A DNA stretch of 64,000 nt from Nitrospirota bacterium (GTDB lineage Bacteria; Nitrospirota; UBA9217), in assembly GCA_963754875.1 (NCBI GenBank), contig CAVWHO010000016.1:576001-640000 (forward strand). Reading direction: 5' to 3'. This document shows, piece after piece, positions 50,062 to 59,734 of this stretch (positions are counted from its first letter, which is position 1; each line of letters starts with the position of its first letter). The notes beneath the pieces are model-generated. The model saw nothing but the letters and a program-made list of their open reading frames with translations. It did no database searches and was not told the origin of the DNA. A program made the translations under genes and the position numbers.

Positions 50062-51891
50062 TTACTTCCTGATCTTCCCCATCCTCTTCGCCAAACGCTC
50101 CGTCTCATCCAGCAGCTTTTCCACTTCATTCAGCCCCCTGTCCCAGAACCGCTTGTCGGCTATGTCGATCCCGAGCCGGCCAAAAATATTCTTCGGCGAT
50201 TCGGAGAGCCCAGCAGAAAGGAATTCTTTCACCTTGTTAATGAAGACAGGATCATTCTTTACAGAATTCTGGAGCGATTTGGAAATCAGAAGTCCACTCG
50301 CGTAGGAATAGACATAGAAGAAATACCGGATATGGTTCCAGTAAACCCACCAGTTCTCCGAGCCCGCTGACTGCTCCACGGCCTTTCCCATGTATGCTGC
50401 CATGTGCTTCTGAAATAGTTCCCCGATCGCTTCCTTCGAGAGATACCCGCTGGCGCGAAACGCCTTATGCAGCTCCTGCTCAAATCGGTAGCAGGCAACC
50501 TGCCGGAAGATGGACGAAACATCGTCGTTCAATTTCTGCATCATGATCGCAAGCCGCAGTTCATCATCAGCAGAATGGATGATCTCTTCGAGCACAAAAT
50601 CCTCCATGAACGTGCTCGCGACCTCAGCAGTGGAAGTCGGGGTGCCGAAATCAAGGGCGTGCTGTTTTTCCCGGATCAACTCGTTGTTGATCCCGTGGCC
50701 GAGCTCGTGTGCTATCGTGAGGACATCGTGCAGCTTGTTCGTATGGTTCAGGAGGATGTACGTTGGCTGGGTCATGAGATGGTGGATACAGAAGGCGCCG
50801 CTGTCCTTGCCTTTGCGGGGGTAGGCGTCAATCTGACCGTTCTTGATGAACCCGGCAAAGATCTCGCCGAACTTCCGGTCAAGCTTGTTCATGACAGTAT
50901 AGACGAGGTTCACTGACTGCTGATAAGGATAGCGCGTCGCAACGACGCCGTACTCCACGTTCCGCTCATGATACTCAAGTCTCTTAATCTTGAGCATCTT
51001 CGCCTTGAGCGCGTAATACCGTGACGGGATGTCGAAACGGCCTGCTACGGAATCGATCAGAGTGTCCACGACCTCGCTCTCGATGTCGTCGGCAAGATGC
51101 CGGAGAGTATCCGGTCTCGGCGAACTGCGGAGCTCGTCGTCGATTTTCTTGTTCTGCAAAACGGAATTGAGCTCAGCCTCGGCGATTTCCACGTTCTTCA
51201 GCAGTATGTCGTTGAAAGCATGTGCTGAAGAATCGCGGACCCGTTTGCTCTTGCTGTTCATGAGGCCGATGATCTCCGTGAACGGCAGGTTTTTTTTCGT
51301 CCCTTTTTCCGTCAAGACAACCCGCTCTTCCTTGGAGAGGAAACCCGACGTCATTTTCGTCCAGTTAGCATAGGAGGTGGCCGATTTGAGGTTCAAAATT
51401 TTTTCTTCTGGTTCGCTCAGGTGATAACGCGATTCTGCAAAGATACGCTCCAGAAAGTGGCGGTATTTTGTGAGGGCCTCGTGATCGAGAAACTTCTTCT
51501 GGGCTTCCGGCTTGACCCTCGCGATGCGCAGATAAAAAAACTGACTCTCGTTCTCCAGCTTCTTGCTGAAGTCTTCTAACTTGTTGAACTTGGCTTTGAG
51601 CTTTGCGTCGATTTGGTCCTGCTGCGTCCTGAGCCAGAAGTAGTAGCCCTCGTCCCCGTCGGTCCCGTAGTGCCGCTTCCACGATTCATATTGGTCGAGC
51701 GCCTGCCTGAGGATGAGGGGGTCTTCCAGATAATCCGTGCGGTCCTTCCATGCGTTGATGAACTCGTAGCTTTTCTGTTCCACGATCTTTCGCTTTTCTT
51801 TCATGCGCGGGTCGGTATCACCCCGGAAAAGCGGCTTGAAGTTCCAGACTGTGCGCTCTACCTTTAAACCATTTTGTCGAATAGGGGCCAT
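50062..51891 (-). CDS. pepF: M3B family oligoendopeptidase F
   Basis: KDSGAFC, HELGH zincin motif, AEVASTFME, FYVYSYA. Confidence 0.85.
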   Translation of the reverse strand: MAPIRQNGLKVERTVWNFKPLFRGDTDPRMKEKRKIVEQKSYEFINAWKDRTDYLEDPLILRQALDQYESWKRHYGTDGDEGYYFWLRTQQDQIDAKLKAKFNKLEDFSKKLENESQFFYLRIARVKPEAQKKFLDHEALTKYRHFLERIFAESRYHLSEPEEKILNLKSATSYANWTKMTSGFLSKEERVVLTEKGTKKNLPFTEIIGLMNSKSKRVRDSSAHAFNDILLKNVEIAEAELNSVLQNKKIDDELRSSPRPDTLRHLADDIESEVVDTLIDSVAGRFDIPSRYYALKAKMLKIKRLEYHERNVEYGVVATRYPYQQSVNLVYTVMNKLDRKFGEIFAGFIKNGQIDAYPRKGKDSGAFCIHHLMTQPTYILLNHTNKLHDVLTIAHELGHGINNELIREKQHALDFGTPTSTAEVASTFMEDFVLEEIIHSADDELRLAIMMQKLNDDVSSIFRQVACYRFEQELHKAFRASGYLSKEAIGELFQKHMAAYMGKAVEQSAGSENWWVYWNHIRYFFYVYSYASGLLISKSLQNSVKNDPVFINKVKEFLSAGLSESPKNIFGRLGIDIADKRFWDRGLNEVEKLLDETERLAKRMGKIRK

Positions 51892-52148
51892 GCCATCTCC
51901 TTATGATCTCTTGAAAAAGTATACCCTCTCTTTCTGTGACTGTCCAGATCGTCCGCACTCCTGCTCATGAAAAGAAGGACCAACCGCAGTAATCAGAAAA
52001 ATACTTGACATTTAAACGCTACTATGGGATTATTTTACCCGAAGTACGGAAGTCTTTGTTGTGAGAGTGCCGCAAAGATTGTTCGCTTTGCGGTTTTTTT
52101 ATGACCCTTCCGTCATCTTCAATATCCACAGAAGGAGGTTCAACCTGA

Positions 52149-52349
52149 ATGGCAAAAGGAACCGTTAAGTGGTTCAATGATTCCAAGGGATTTGGATTCA
52201 TTACCAAAGAAGACGGCGGAGATGTTTTTGTCCACTTCTCTGACATCCAGGACAGCGGCTTCAAGAGCCTGTCCGAAGGTCAGGGCGTGACGTTCGACGT
52301 TGTTGACAGCCCCAAAGGGCCCAAAGCAGCGAATGTCGTAAAACTCTAA
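52149..52349 (+). CDS. Cold-shock protein
   Basis: [31 protein letters not shown]. Confidence 0.95.
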   Translation: MAKGTVKWFNDSKGFGFITKEDGGDVFVHFSDIQDSGFKSLSEGQGVTFDVVDSPKGPKAANVVKL

Positions 52350-52361
52350 GCGTCAAACTTT

Positions 52362-52402
52362 AAAAAGGCCGGCCTCGATATACTCGAGACCGGCCTTTTT
52401 TT
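52362..52402. terminator. Bidirectional terminator between csp and tpx
   Basis: AAAAAGGCCGG...CCGGCCTTTTTTT. Confidence 0.8.
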
Positions 52403-52439
52403 ACCCCCCGCTAAATCTCCCGGCCCATCAATCAGCCCT

Positions 52440-52970
52440 CTACGCTGCCTTTTCCCTGCCGGTGATCATGACGAGCGCAGAGAGCGCTTTTTCATAATCC
52501 GGATGGCTCGACTGCTCAGGAACGATCTCTTTATACCGGACAACATCATCCTTGTCGATGATAAATATAGATCTCGCGAGCAGCCGCATCTCCTTGATCA
52601 GGACTCCATAAGCTGTGCCGAATGCCGCTTCCCGGTGGTCCGATAGAGCTTTCGCCCGGTCTATTTCAGCCGTCGTGCAGAACCGGGTGATCGCGAACGG
52701 CAGGTCCATGCTGATATTCAGCACGACAACATCGTGCGGCAGGTTCGCGGCCTCATGATTGAAGCGCCTGAGCTGCAAATCGCAAACCGGCGTGTCAAGC
52801 GATGGCGTTACACTCACGATTTTCGTCTTCCCGGCAAAATCGCTGAGCCGCACCTCGTTCAGGGCACCGTCGAGTACGGCAAAGTCGGGCGCCTTTTCAC
52901 CCGGTTTCAAATCCGGACCGATGAGCGTCATCGGTTTCCCTTTCATTATTATGATCCCTTTTCGTTCCAT
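52440..52970 (-). CDS. tpx: Thiol peroxidase
   Basis: PSLDTPVC, SMDLPFA..RFC, LLARS. Confidence 0.9.
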   Translation of the reverse strand: MERKGIIIMKGKPMTLIGPDLKPGEKAPDFAVLDGALNEVRLSDFAGKTKIVSVTPSLDTPVCDLQLRRFNHEAANLPHDVVVLNISMDLPFAITRFCTTAEIDRAKALSDHREAAFGTAYGVLIKEMRLLARSIFIIDKDDVVRYKEIVPEQSSHPDYEKALSALVMITGREKAA

Positions 52971-53225
52971 TGATACCTCCTTACCCCATTCTCATGTTCT
53001 CCTTGTCTCCGGTGTAAATCCTGTCCCTTTACTCTATTATATATAGAGGATAGATCAAATCCTGTATATTGTCAAGAATCGGCCTTGCGTACCCTCCGCC
53101 TGCGCCGTTCCTGCCACTGCATGCCAACAGGTCTGGTTGCTGAAAAGGTATCCGCCTCCAGTCCCCTCAGAAGCTCCATTTTTTTCTTCTCCCCTTTTTT
53201 TACTATGATATACTGCAGTGCATGA

Positions 53226-53621
53226 TCCGGCGATGTTGCCACCCTCGACCAGTCGGGACACATCAGGATCATCGACCGCAAGAAGGACATGATCATCGTC
53301 GACGGCTTGAATGTCTACCCTTATGAGATCGAAGAAGTGCTCTACCGGCATGCGGCCATCAAGGACTGCTCCATGATCGGCGTCCCCCATGAGCACGAAG
53401 AAGGCAAGGAACTGGCCATGATGTACGTCGTGTTAAAGGACGGCGCACAAGTCGCGCCGAAAGAACTGCGGGAGTACCTTACCGAGCACGTTGCCCATTA
53501 CAAGATTCCGCGCCGTTTTATCGTTACGAATGATCTTCCGAGGACAGCAACGGGAAAGATCATGAAAAAAGAACTCAGAAAATTGTACCACCAAATGGAA
53601 GTCAAACATCCGCCTGCATGA
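53226..53621 (+). pseudogene. 3' remnant of an acyl-CoA synthetase (AMP-binding C-terminal domain)
   Basis: GDVATLD...IIDRKKDMII..G.NVYP.EIEEVL...LPRTATGKI, preceded by an in-frame stop at 53223; adenylation core absent. Confidence 0.75.
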
Positions 53622-53634
53622 CCGGTGACGTCCC

Positions 53635-54447
53635 ATGAAGGCATCTTCCCGACTAATCTACCCACCGCCCCGCTCGGGGCGGGGCGGTATCACTATTATC
53701 TTCGCAGCCGCGTTCATCCTTTCCATCGTTTCATTCTCGGACCGGCCAAGCACATGGGCTGTTGCCTTGTCTTTGTTACTGGTTGCCACCTCAATCCTGA
53801 CGCGCGAAGTCCAGGCATTTCACCTGGCGTGGTTTACCGCAGCCTTTGTCACTGCGCCTTATCTGCTTCCGTCGTTGCATGGGTGGCCTTTCCTTTTGCT
53901 CATCCCTCTTCTCTGCTATTGCGCTCTTGCTCTCGCTGTGCCGAAACTGCGTTCCACCATCTGCTACCTGCACATCGGACGCTTCAGCAGGGACGTTATG
54001 TTGTTCGCGATGTGCATTGTCTTTATTTCCGGCACCGCCTTGTTTGCATGGTACCGAACGATCAGGCCCGACCTGACAATCCACCTTGCGCATTTCCCGG
54101 CCATGCCGGTCTGGATGTTCCCTCTCGCAGGTTTGGGATTTTCTCTCGGGAACGCTGCCATGGAAGAATTTGCGTACCGCGGCATCATTTTGCAGGCACT
54201 CGACAGCGCAGCGGGCCCTGGACTTCTGTCTCTTCTTGTACAGGCCTGTCTTTTCGGTGCATTACACTATCGAGAAGGCTTTCCAAACGGCACGTGGGGA
54301 GTGGTAATGACGGCTGTTTACGGCATCATGCTGGGTGTTTTACGCCGCCGCAGCCAGGGCATGCTGGCCCCGTGGGCGGTCCATGTTTTTGCGGATTTTG
54401 TAATTTTTACGATCCTTGCGGGCATGGTGCTGAAAAGAGCGGGGTAA
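53635..54447 (+). CDS. CPBP (Abi/CAAX) family intramembrane metalloprotease
   Basis: EEFAYRG, FGALH, H..AD motifs; multiple TM segments. Confidence 0.85.
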   Translation: MKASSRLIYPPPRSGRGGITIIFAAAFILSIVSFSDRPSTWAVALSLLLVATSILTREVQAFHLAWFTAAFVTAPYLLPSLHGWPFLLLIPLLCYCALALAVPKLRSTICYLHIGRFSRDVMLFAMCIVFISGTALFAWYRTIRPDLTIHLAHFPAMPVWMFPLAGLGFSLGNAAMEEFAYRGIILQALDSAAGPGLLSLLVQACLFGALHYREGFPNGTWGVVMTAVYGIMLGVLRRRSQGMLAPWAVHVFADFVIFTILAGMVLKRAG

Positions 54448-54683
54448 CTGGGGGAGAAATGCGTCGGATTTGCCGCATTCGTGCGATAGCCGATAACAGC
54501 AAACGTCAAAAAGTTTTTTTTCACCCGGGTGTTCACACCCAGCGTACCGAGTACGGCCATCCTTTTCAGTTTTCCCAGCGGTATCCGGTTCTTTATGAGA
54601 TAGGAATGCACGCCGGGGCCCTCCGTGTTGCGGATAAATAACGCGCCGACCATAACAATTGAACGTAAGAGTGTGGATGAAGA

Positions 54684-55856
54684 TTAGAATGGCGGAAACG
54701 TTGGTTTTTTGTTTTTTCTGCTTCCTTCGTAGAGTTCATATTCGAGCAGTCTGCACTCGATGCCGCTATTAAAAAATTGAAGGGTTTTAGCGGGTTTCAG
54801 TTTTACCTGCTTTGCGAGCAGGGGATTGCCGGTAAAAACATACCCCCGATAGCCTTTGCATTTTTGTTTGAAATAATTGCCGATACCGTTGTAGAGCTCG
54901 GCAAGTTGGGTGACCTCGCCCATGCGTTCACCGTACGAGGGATTCAACACAAGGACTCCCCCGCCATCGGGCACGACTGTATCTGAGAAGTTACACGTCC
55001 CGAACTCAATGAGATGTTCCACTCCCGCTGTCGCCGCATTCTTCTTCGCGGCCTCGACGACATCGGGATTCATGTCCGTCGCGATAATTTTCCCTGACAC
55101 ACTTTTCCGTGCGTCCTGCTTTGCTTTTTCGCGCAGATCATTCCAGAGCGTTTCCTTGAACCCTTTGATATGCATGAATCCGAAGTTGTTGCGCAAGAGC
55201 CCCGGCGCCCGGTTCAGGCCAATAAGGGCGGCCTCAATGGCGAGCGTTCCGCTGCCGCACATGGGGTTGATAAAGTTCGTGCCGCCACCCCAGCCCGTCG
55301 CGAGCACAACCGCTGCCGCGAGCGTCTCCTGCATCGGTGCGCCGAGAGGTATCTTCCGGTATCCGCGGCGAGAGAGAGGCTCGCCCGAAGTGTCGAGATA
55401 CACGGAGACGCGGTCATCTTTCCAGTAGAGATGGACCACCGACGTGGTGCGCTCAGGACCGGAATCTGGTCGTGTTCCCTGTTTTGTCCTGATCCGGTCA
55501 ACAATGGCGTCCTTGCACCGGAGCGCCGGGAAGCGCGAATCTCTGATGCTCGAGGTGTCAACGCTCGAGGTCACGCACAGATAACCGTCTTCGGGAATAA
55601 AATCCTCCCAGGTTAGACCGAAGAGACTCTGATAGAGATCGTCCGGACCCTTGGCTTTGAATTCCTGCAGGAGAAAAAGGACCCTATGTCCTGTACGGAT
55701 ATGCAGGTTGAGCCGCAAGGTATCGTCAAGCGTACCTGCTGTTTCCACGCCGGCGATCTGTTCGCTGAGAACGGGGAAGTCGAGGGAACGCAGTTCTTGC
55801 TTCAGGAGGGGAGGAATGCCCTTCGGGCAAGTGATAAGAATTTTTGATGTGATCAT
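54684..55856 (-). CDS. THUMP-domain RNA methyltransferase (RlmL-like)
   Basis: LDTSGEPLSRRGYR, APMQETLAA, PMCGSGT, NPSYGERM. Confidence 0.85.
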   Translation of the reverse strand: MITSKILITCPKGIPPLLKQELRSLDFPVLSEQIAGVETAGTLDDTLRLNLHIRTGHRVLFLLQEFKAKGPDDLYQSLFGLTWEDFIPEDGYLCVTSSVDTSSIRDSRFPALRCKDAIVDRIRTKQGTRPDSGPERTTSVVHLYWKDDRVSVYLDTSGEPLSRRGYRKIPLGAPMQETLAAAVVLATGWGGGTNFINPMCGSGTLAIEAALIGLNRAPGLLRNNFGFMHIKGFKETLWNDLREKAKQDARKSVSGKIIATDMNPDVVEAAKKNAATAGVEHLIEFGTCNFSDTVVPDGGGVLVLNPSYGERMGEVTQLAELYNGIGNYFKQKCKGYRGYVFTGNPLLAKQVKLKPAKTLQFFNSGIECRLLEYELYEGSRKNKKPTFPPF

Positions 55857-55974
55857 GGGAGGTGAAACGGGCAATGAGATGATTTCGCCGCGAAGACGCC
55901 ATGGACGCGAAGCGAATCAAACCTCCCCCTCCACTCGAAAAAAGCTGTATGCCTTCTGCTGCAAAGAGGAATTT

Positions 55975-56382
55975 TCAATTCGCCGATGCCATCAGCCGTT
56001 CTTTGTCTTTGAAAAGCACGTCGCATTTATTAAGGTAGATTTTCCGGACAACGCCTTTTCCGAACGTATTGTGGAGCACGACATCTCCGATGCGGTACTT
56101 CTCGGACATTTCATACATGCGCTCTTTGCCCCGCGCTTCGGCTAAACAGGATTCCCACAATAGTTCTGCCGTCTTGATAGCGTCTTCCTTCTTTTTCACG
56201 GCTTTTCCTGATTTGACGTCTGCAGTAGGCCGGTATTTATGCGCGCTTCCGCAGGTCCTGCATTTTACCTTCTCAATCGTTTCACCGTCTGCTGCCATAG
56301 CAACGATGACATGGTCACTCACCAGCTTGCATTTTGTGCAATATGCCGAAACATTCTCACCTGCCGAACGCTTTTCAAGCAT
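55975..56382 (-). CDS. Hypothetical zinc-ribbon protein
   Basis: CTKC...H...CRTCGSAH; C-terminal H.TFGKG.V; GGAGGG RBS. Confidence 0.7.
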   Translation of the reverse strand: MLEKRSAGENVSAYCTKCKLVSDHVIVAMAADGETIEKVKCRTCGSAHKYRPTADVKSGKAVKKKEDAIKTAELLWESCLAEARGKERMYEMSEKYRIGDVVLHNTFGKGVVRKIYLNKCDVLFKDKERLMASAN

Positions 56383-56756
56383 GTACCATCCCTCCTTCCC
56401 TTGTCTCGCAGAGATTTTCTCACCAATGCATTTGTTCTCTATTTTGGATTACGTAGAGACAGGCGGATTTAAGCTTTTGGATTCTGATCTTTTTTGTTTA
56501 TAGGTTTATTTAATATACACCTTCCAGCGCAAAAAAGCTCTAATCCATTTTCTCCGGTTCAGACTTCTTTTGTGCTCCCGGCTCTGTTTTCGTATATTAC
56601 TTGTACTGCCGAACAGACCTTTTGGGCAAATTTCCGGAAACCTGCGCCATTATTGCCTGCCAAGAGGACGGCAACAGATCAATGCGGCGTCCGTGCCTTT
56701 TTTTGGCTTGAAATCGCATTGTTATTCTGATAGTATGCCTAGGCTGAGGAGACGCC

Positions 56757-57242
56757 TTGCTGAGAGCAGACCGTACAACCAGAGCTGTTGCAGGTTTTGT
56801 CGATCTCCTGCTCATCATCGGTCTGGCCAGGCTGCCGGATGTAGTCGGTTTTTTGTCCGCCGCTGGATACATTCTCTTCCGGGACGGTCTCTTCGATCGC
56901 AGGAGCATCGGAAAAAAGCTTATCGGCCTTCTGGTGGCCTCGTCGGAGGATACCGGATCTCCGGTGACCTACCGTGAATCGATCATCAGAAATGTCCCGT
57001 TTGCCGCTGCCTATATTTTGTTCTTGATACCTTACGCGGGCTGGATTCTCGTCACCTTGATGGTTGGCCTGGAATGCCTGGTTGCCATCGGCGACGAACG
57101 CGGCATGCGCATCGGGGACCTGCTGGCGCGGACAATCGTTATGCAGGATGCGTCGAAAGCTGCTGCTGGAGGCCACGAACGGGAGCAGCGACCCGACGAA
57201 TCTACTTCCAGCGCGGCAGCACGACAGGAAGAACACCCGTAA
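56757..57242 (+). CDS. RDD family membrane protein
   Basis: R..A.FVD, SIGKKLIGL, SIIRN, RIGDLLART; TTG start after GAGGAG. Confidence 0.8.
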   Translation: MLRADRTTRAVAGFVDLLLIIGLARLPDVVGFLSAAGYILFRDGLFDRRSIGKKLIGLLVASSEDTGSPVTYRESIIRNVPFAAAYILFLIPYAGWILVTLMVGLECLVAIGDERGMRIGDLLARTIVMQDASKAAAGGHEREQRPDESTSSAAARQEEHP

Positions 57243-57376
57243 CGCATCTTGAGTGCATGCATTCGAACTTTTTCCGACTCAGTGCAGAGAGAAAAGGCCC
57301 GGCCGAAACAAAAAATCCGCAGAGTCATGCCTCACAGGGTATTCTGACCATCAATTGAAAGGAGTTTTTGCATACG

Positions 57377-58402
57377 ATGTTTATCAATTCCATCATGGGC
57401 TGGTTTTCCAACGACATGGCCATCGACCTCGGCACGGCCAACACCCTGGTGTACGTCAAGGGGAAGGGAATTGTCTGCAACGAGCCTTCGGTCGTCGCGA
57501 TATCTGCAAAAACCGGCAAAGTCCTTGCCGTTGGTTCCGAGGCTAAACGGATGCTCGGCCGGACACCCGGGGACATCAAAACGATCCGGCCCATCAAGGA
57601 CGGCGTCATTTCCGACTTCGACTATACCGGCGAAATGCTCAAGTACTTTATTCAACGCGTTCACAACCGAAAATCCTTCATGCGGCCGCGTATCGTTATC
57701 GGTGTTCCGTCGGGCATCACGCAGGTGGAACAGCGCGCCGTGAAAGACGCAGCCATTTCCTCTGGCGGCCGCGATGTCTACCTGATCGAGGAACCCGTGG
57801 CAGCGGCCATCGGGACGGGCCTGCCGATCGCAGAGCCGTCGGGGAACATGATCGTCGATATCGGCGGCGGCACAACCGATATCGCCGTCATTTCCATGAA
57901 CGGCGTGGTGTACAGCAAGGCCATCCGCGTAGGCGGGGACAAGATGGACGAGGCGATCATCAACTACATCAAGCGCAAGTACAATCTCCTTATTGGCGAA
58001 ATGATGGCGGAAACGATCAAGCTCGAACTGGGTTCTGCGTACAAAGTGGACACGAACCGGCAGACTATGGAGATCAAGGGCCGCGACCTGGTTTCCGGCA
58101 TTCCGAAGACGCTCATCCTCGATGACGACGAAGTGCGTGAGGCGCTCGCCGAACCCGTTAGCCAGATCCTGAACGGCATCAAGCAAGCCCTCGAAAACAC
58201 CCCGCCGGAACTTTCGGCCGACATCGTCGATAAAGGCATCGTCTTGGCGGGCGGCGGCGCCCTGCTTAAAGGTATGGACGTGTACCTTCGCGAAGAAACT
58301 TCACTTCCGATCATCATCGCCGAAGACCCCCTGACCTGCGTCGCCCTCGGCGCGGGCAAGGTCCTCGATGATGAGCAAATCCTGAGAAAAGTCATAATGT
58401 AG
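57377..58402 (+). CDS. mreB: Rod shape-determining protein MreB
   Basis: [29 protein letters not shown]. Confidence 0.95.
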   Translation: MFINSIMGWFSNDMAIDLGTANTLVYVKGKGIVCNEPSVVAISAKTGKVLAVGSEAKRMLGRTPGDIKTIRPIKDGVISDFDYTGEMLKYFIQRVHNRKSFMRPRIVIGVPSGITQVEQRAVKDAAISSGGRDVYLIEEPVAAAIGTGLPIAEPSGNMIVDIGGGTTDIAVISMNGVVYSKAIRVGGDKMDEAIINYIKRKYNLLIGEMMAETIKLELGSAYKVDTNRQTMEIKGRDLVSGIPKTLILDDDEVREALAEPVSQILNGIKQALENTPPELSADIVDKGIVLAGGGALLKGMDVYLREETSLPIIIAEDPLTCVALGAGKVLDDEQILRKVIM

Positions 58403-58418
58403 GGAAAGCGGCAACGCA

Positions 58419-59225
58419 ATGCCCGGTTTCGTTTCAAAAAACAAAAGAATCATAATCGTCATCTTTCTCTTCGTGGTGCTGTTCTGGATGCTCACTGTCC
58501 AAGTGAAGAACGGGCGGTTCCTTTTCCTAGAAAGACCGGTCCTTGCCACAGCGGGGTTTTTCGAACGCATCATCACCAAGTCTTTCAATGCCGTGGAATC
58601 TGTCGGCGCCTGGTATACGTTCCTCGTACGCACCGATCGGGAAAACCAGCACCTCAAAGAGGAAGTCGAGCGGCTGCGGCTTGACAACTCCCTTTTGAAC
58701 GAACTGCTTCTCGAGAATGGACGGCTGCGGGAATTACTAAATTTCCGAAAGCTGCAGCCGCCGTCTGCAATCACGGTTCAGGTCATCGGCAAGGAACTCT
58801 CTCCTGCTTCCAGCACCATAACAATCAATAAGGGATCGGATGACGGTATCGGAAAAGACATGGCGGTTATTACATCGACCGGCGTTGTCGGCAAGATACT
58901 GACTGTTCTTCCGGGCACGGCAAAGGTTATCCTGATCACCGACCCCGGCAACACCCTCGCTGTCAGGGTCCAGCGAAACCGGGAAGAAGGATTGCTCGAA
59001 GGTAAGCTGGTCAATTGCGCCCTCAAGTATGTTTCCTATTACGCGGACATTCAGGAAGGCGACCTCTTGGTCACCTCGGGCCTCGACGGCATCTACCCGA
59101 AAGGGCTTCCTGTGGGAACCGTCGTAAAAGTGACGAAGCGCGAGGCCCGTGCTTTCCAGTCCGTAGTAGCGGAGCCTGTTGTTCGTTTTTCCCGTCTCGA
59201 AGAAGCGCTGGTGCTTAAGAAATGA
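58419..59225 (+). CDS. mreC: Rod shape-determining protein MreC
   Basis: TM helix plus coiled coil ENGRLRELL, VTSGLDGIYPKG; operon position. Confidence 0.9.
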   Translation: MPGFVSKNKRIIIVIFLFVVLFWMLTVQVKNGRFLFLERPVLATAGFFERIITKSFNAVESVGAWYTFLVRTDRENQHLKEEVERLRLDNSLLNELLLENGRLRELLNFRKLQPPSAITVQVIGKELSPASSTITINKGSDDGIGKDMAVITSTGVVGKILTVLPGTAKVILITDPGNTLAVRVQRNREEGLLEGKLVNCALKYVSYYADIQEGDLLVTSGLDGIYPKGLPVGTVVKVTKREARAFQSVVAEPVVRFSRLEEALVLKK

Positions 59226-59734
59226 AACCCTGGGTCTATCTCGTTATTCTGCTGCTGATGGTCCCTTTTCAGGCCAGCCTTCTCAACCCCTTGTCCATCG
59301 GCGGTATCAAGCCCAACCTCGCGCTGGCACTCCTCTTTATCATTGGTTTGATCGCCGGCCCGGTTGAGGGCGCTTTTGCAGGCATGGGTATGGGCCTGAT
59401 CCAGGATATCGGATCAGCAAGCCTGATCGGCTTCACCGGCCTGTCAAGAGGCATCGTGGGACTTTTGGCGGGCTTGCTCGGCAGGAGAGTGTTGGACATT
59501 GATAATCCGGCAATCATTCTTTTTTTGATCGCTTTCAGCACAGCAGAGGGAATTTTTATAACGCTCTTTTTGCAGACAACATACGGGGCGGTCCCTTTCT
59601 TCAGCCTCGTGGCGGGCCGGATAGTCCCCGAGGCCCTTTATACCGGCCTCTTCGGCCTTCTCATGTTGCACTTGACGAAAAAGAAAAAGGTTCTCGCCGC
59701 GATCAAAAGGCAGGATATTCAGAAGGAGCTGTAG
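59222..59734 (+). CDS. mreD: Rod shape-determining protein MreD
   Basis: Hydrophobic protein with KPNL and GLIQD motifs; lies between mreC and mrdA. Confidence 0.85.
   Translation: MKPWVYLVILLLMVPFQASLLNPLSIGGIKPNLALALLFIIGLIAGPVEGAFAGMGMGLIQDIGSASLIGFTGLSRGIVGLLAGLLGRRVLDIDNPAIILFLIAFSTAEGIFITLFLQTTYGAVPFFSLVAGRIVPEALYTGLFGLLMLHLTKKKKVLAAIKRQDIQKEL

Noticed and set aside
54318..54653. Possible small minus-strand gene downstream of the RNA methyltransferase (MVGALFIRNTEG...)
   Set aside because: It has no RBS or recognisable family and overlaps the CPBP gene. It cannot be supported without a homology search.
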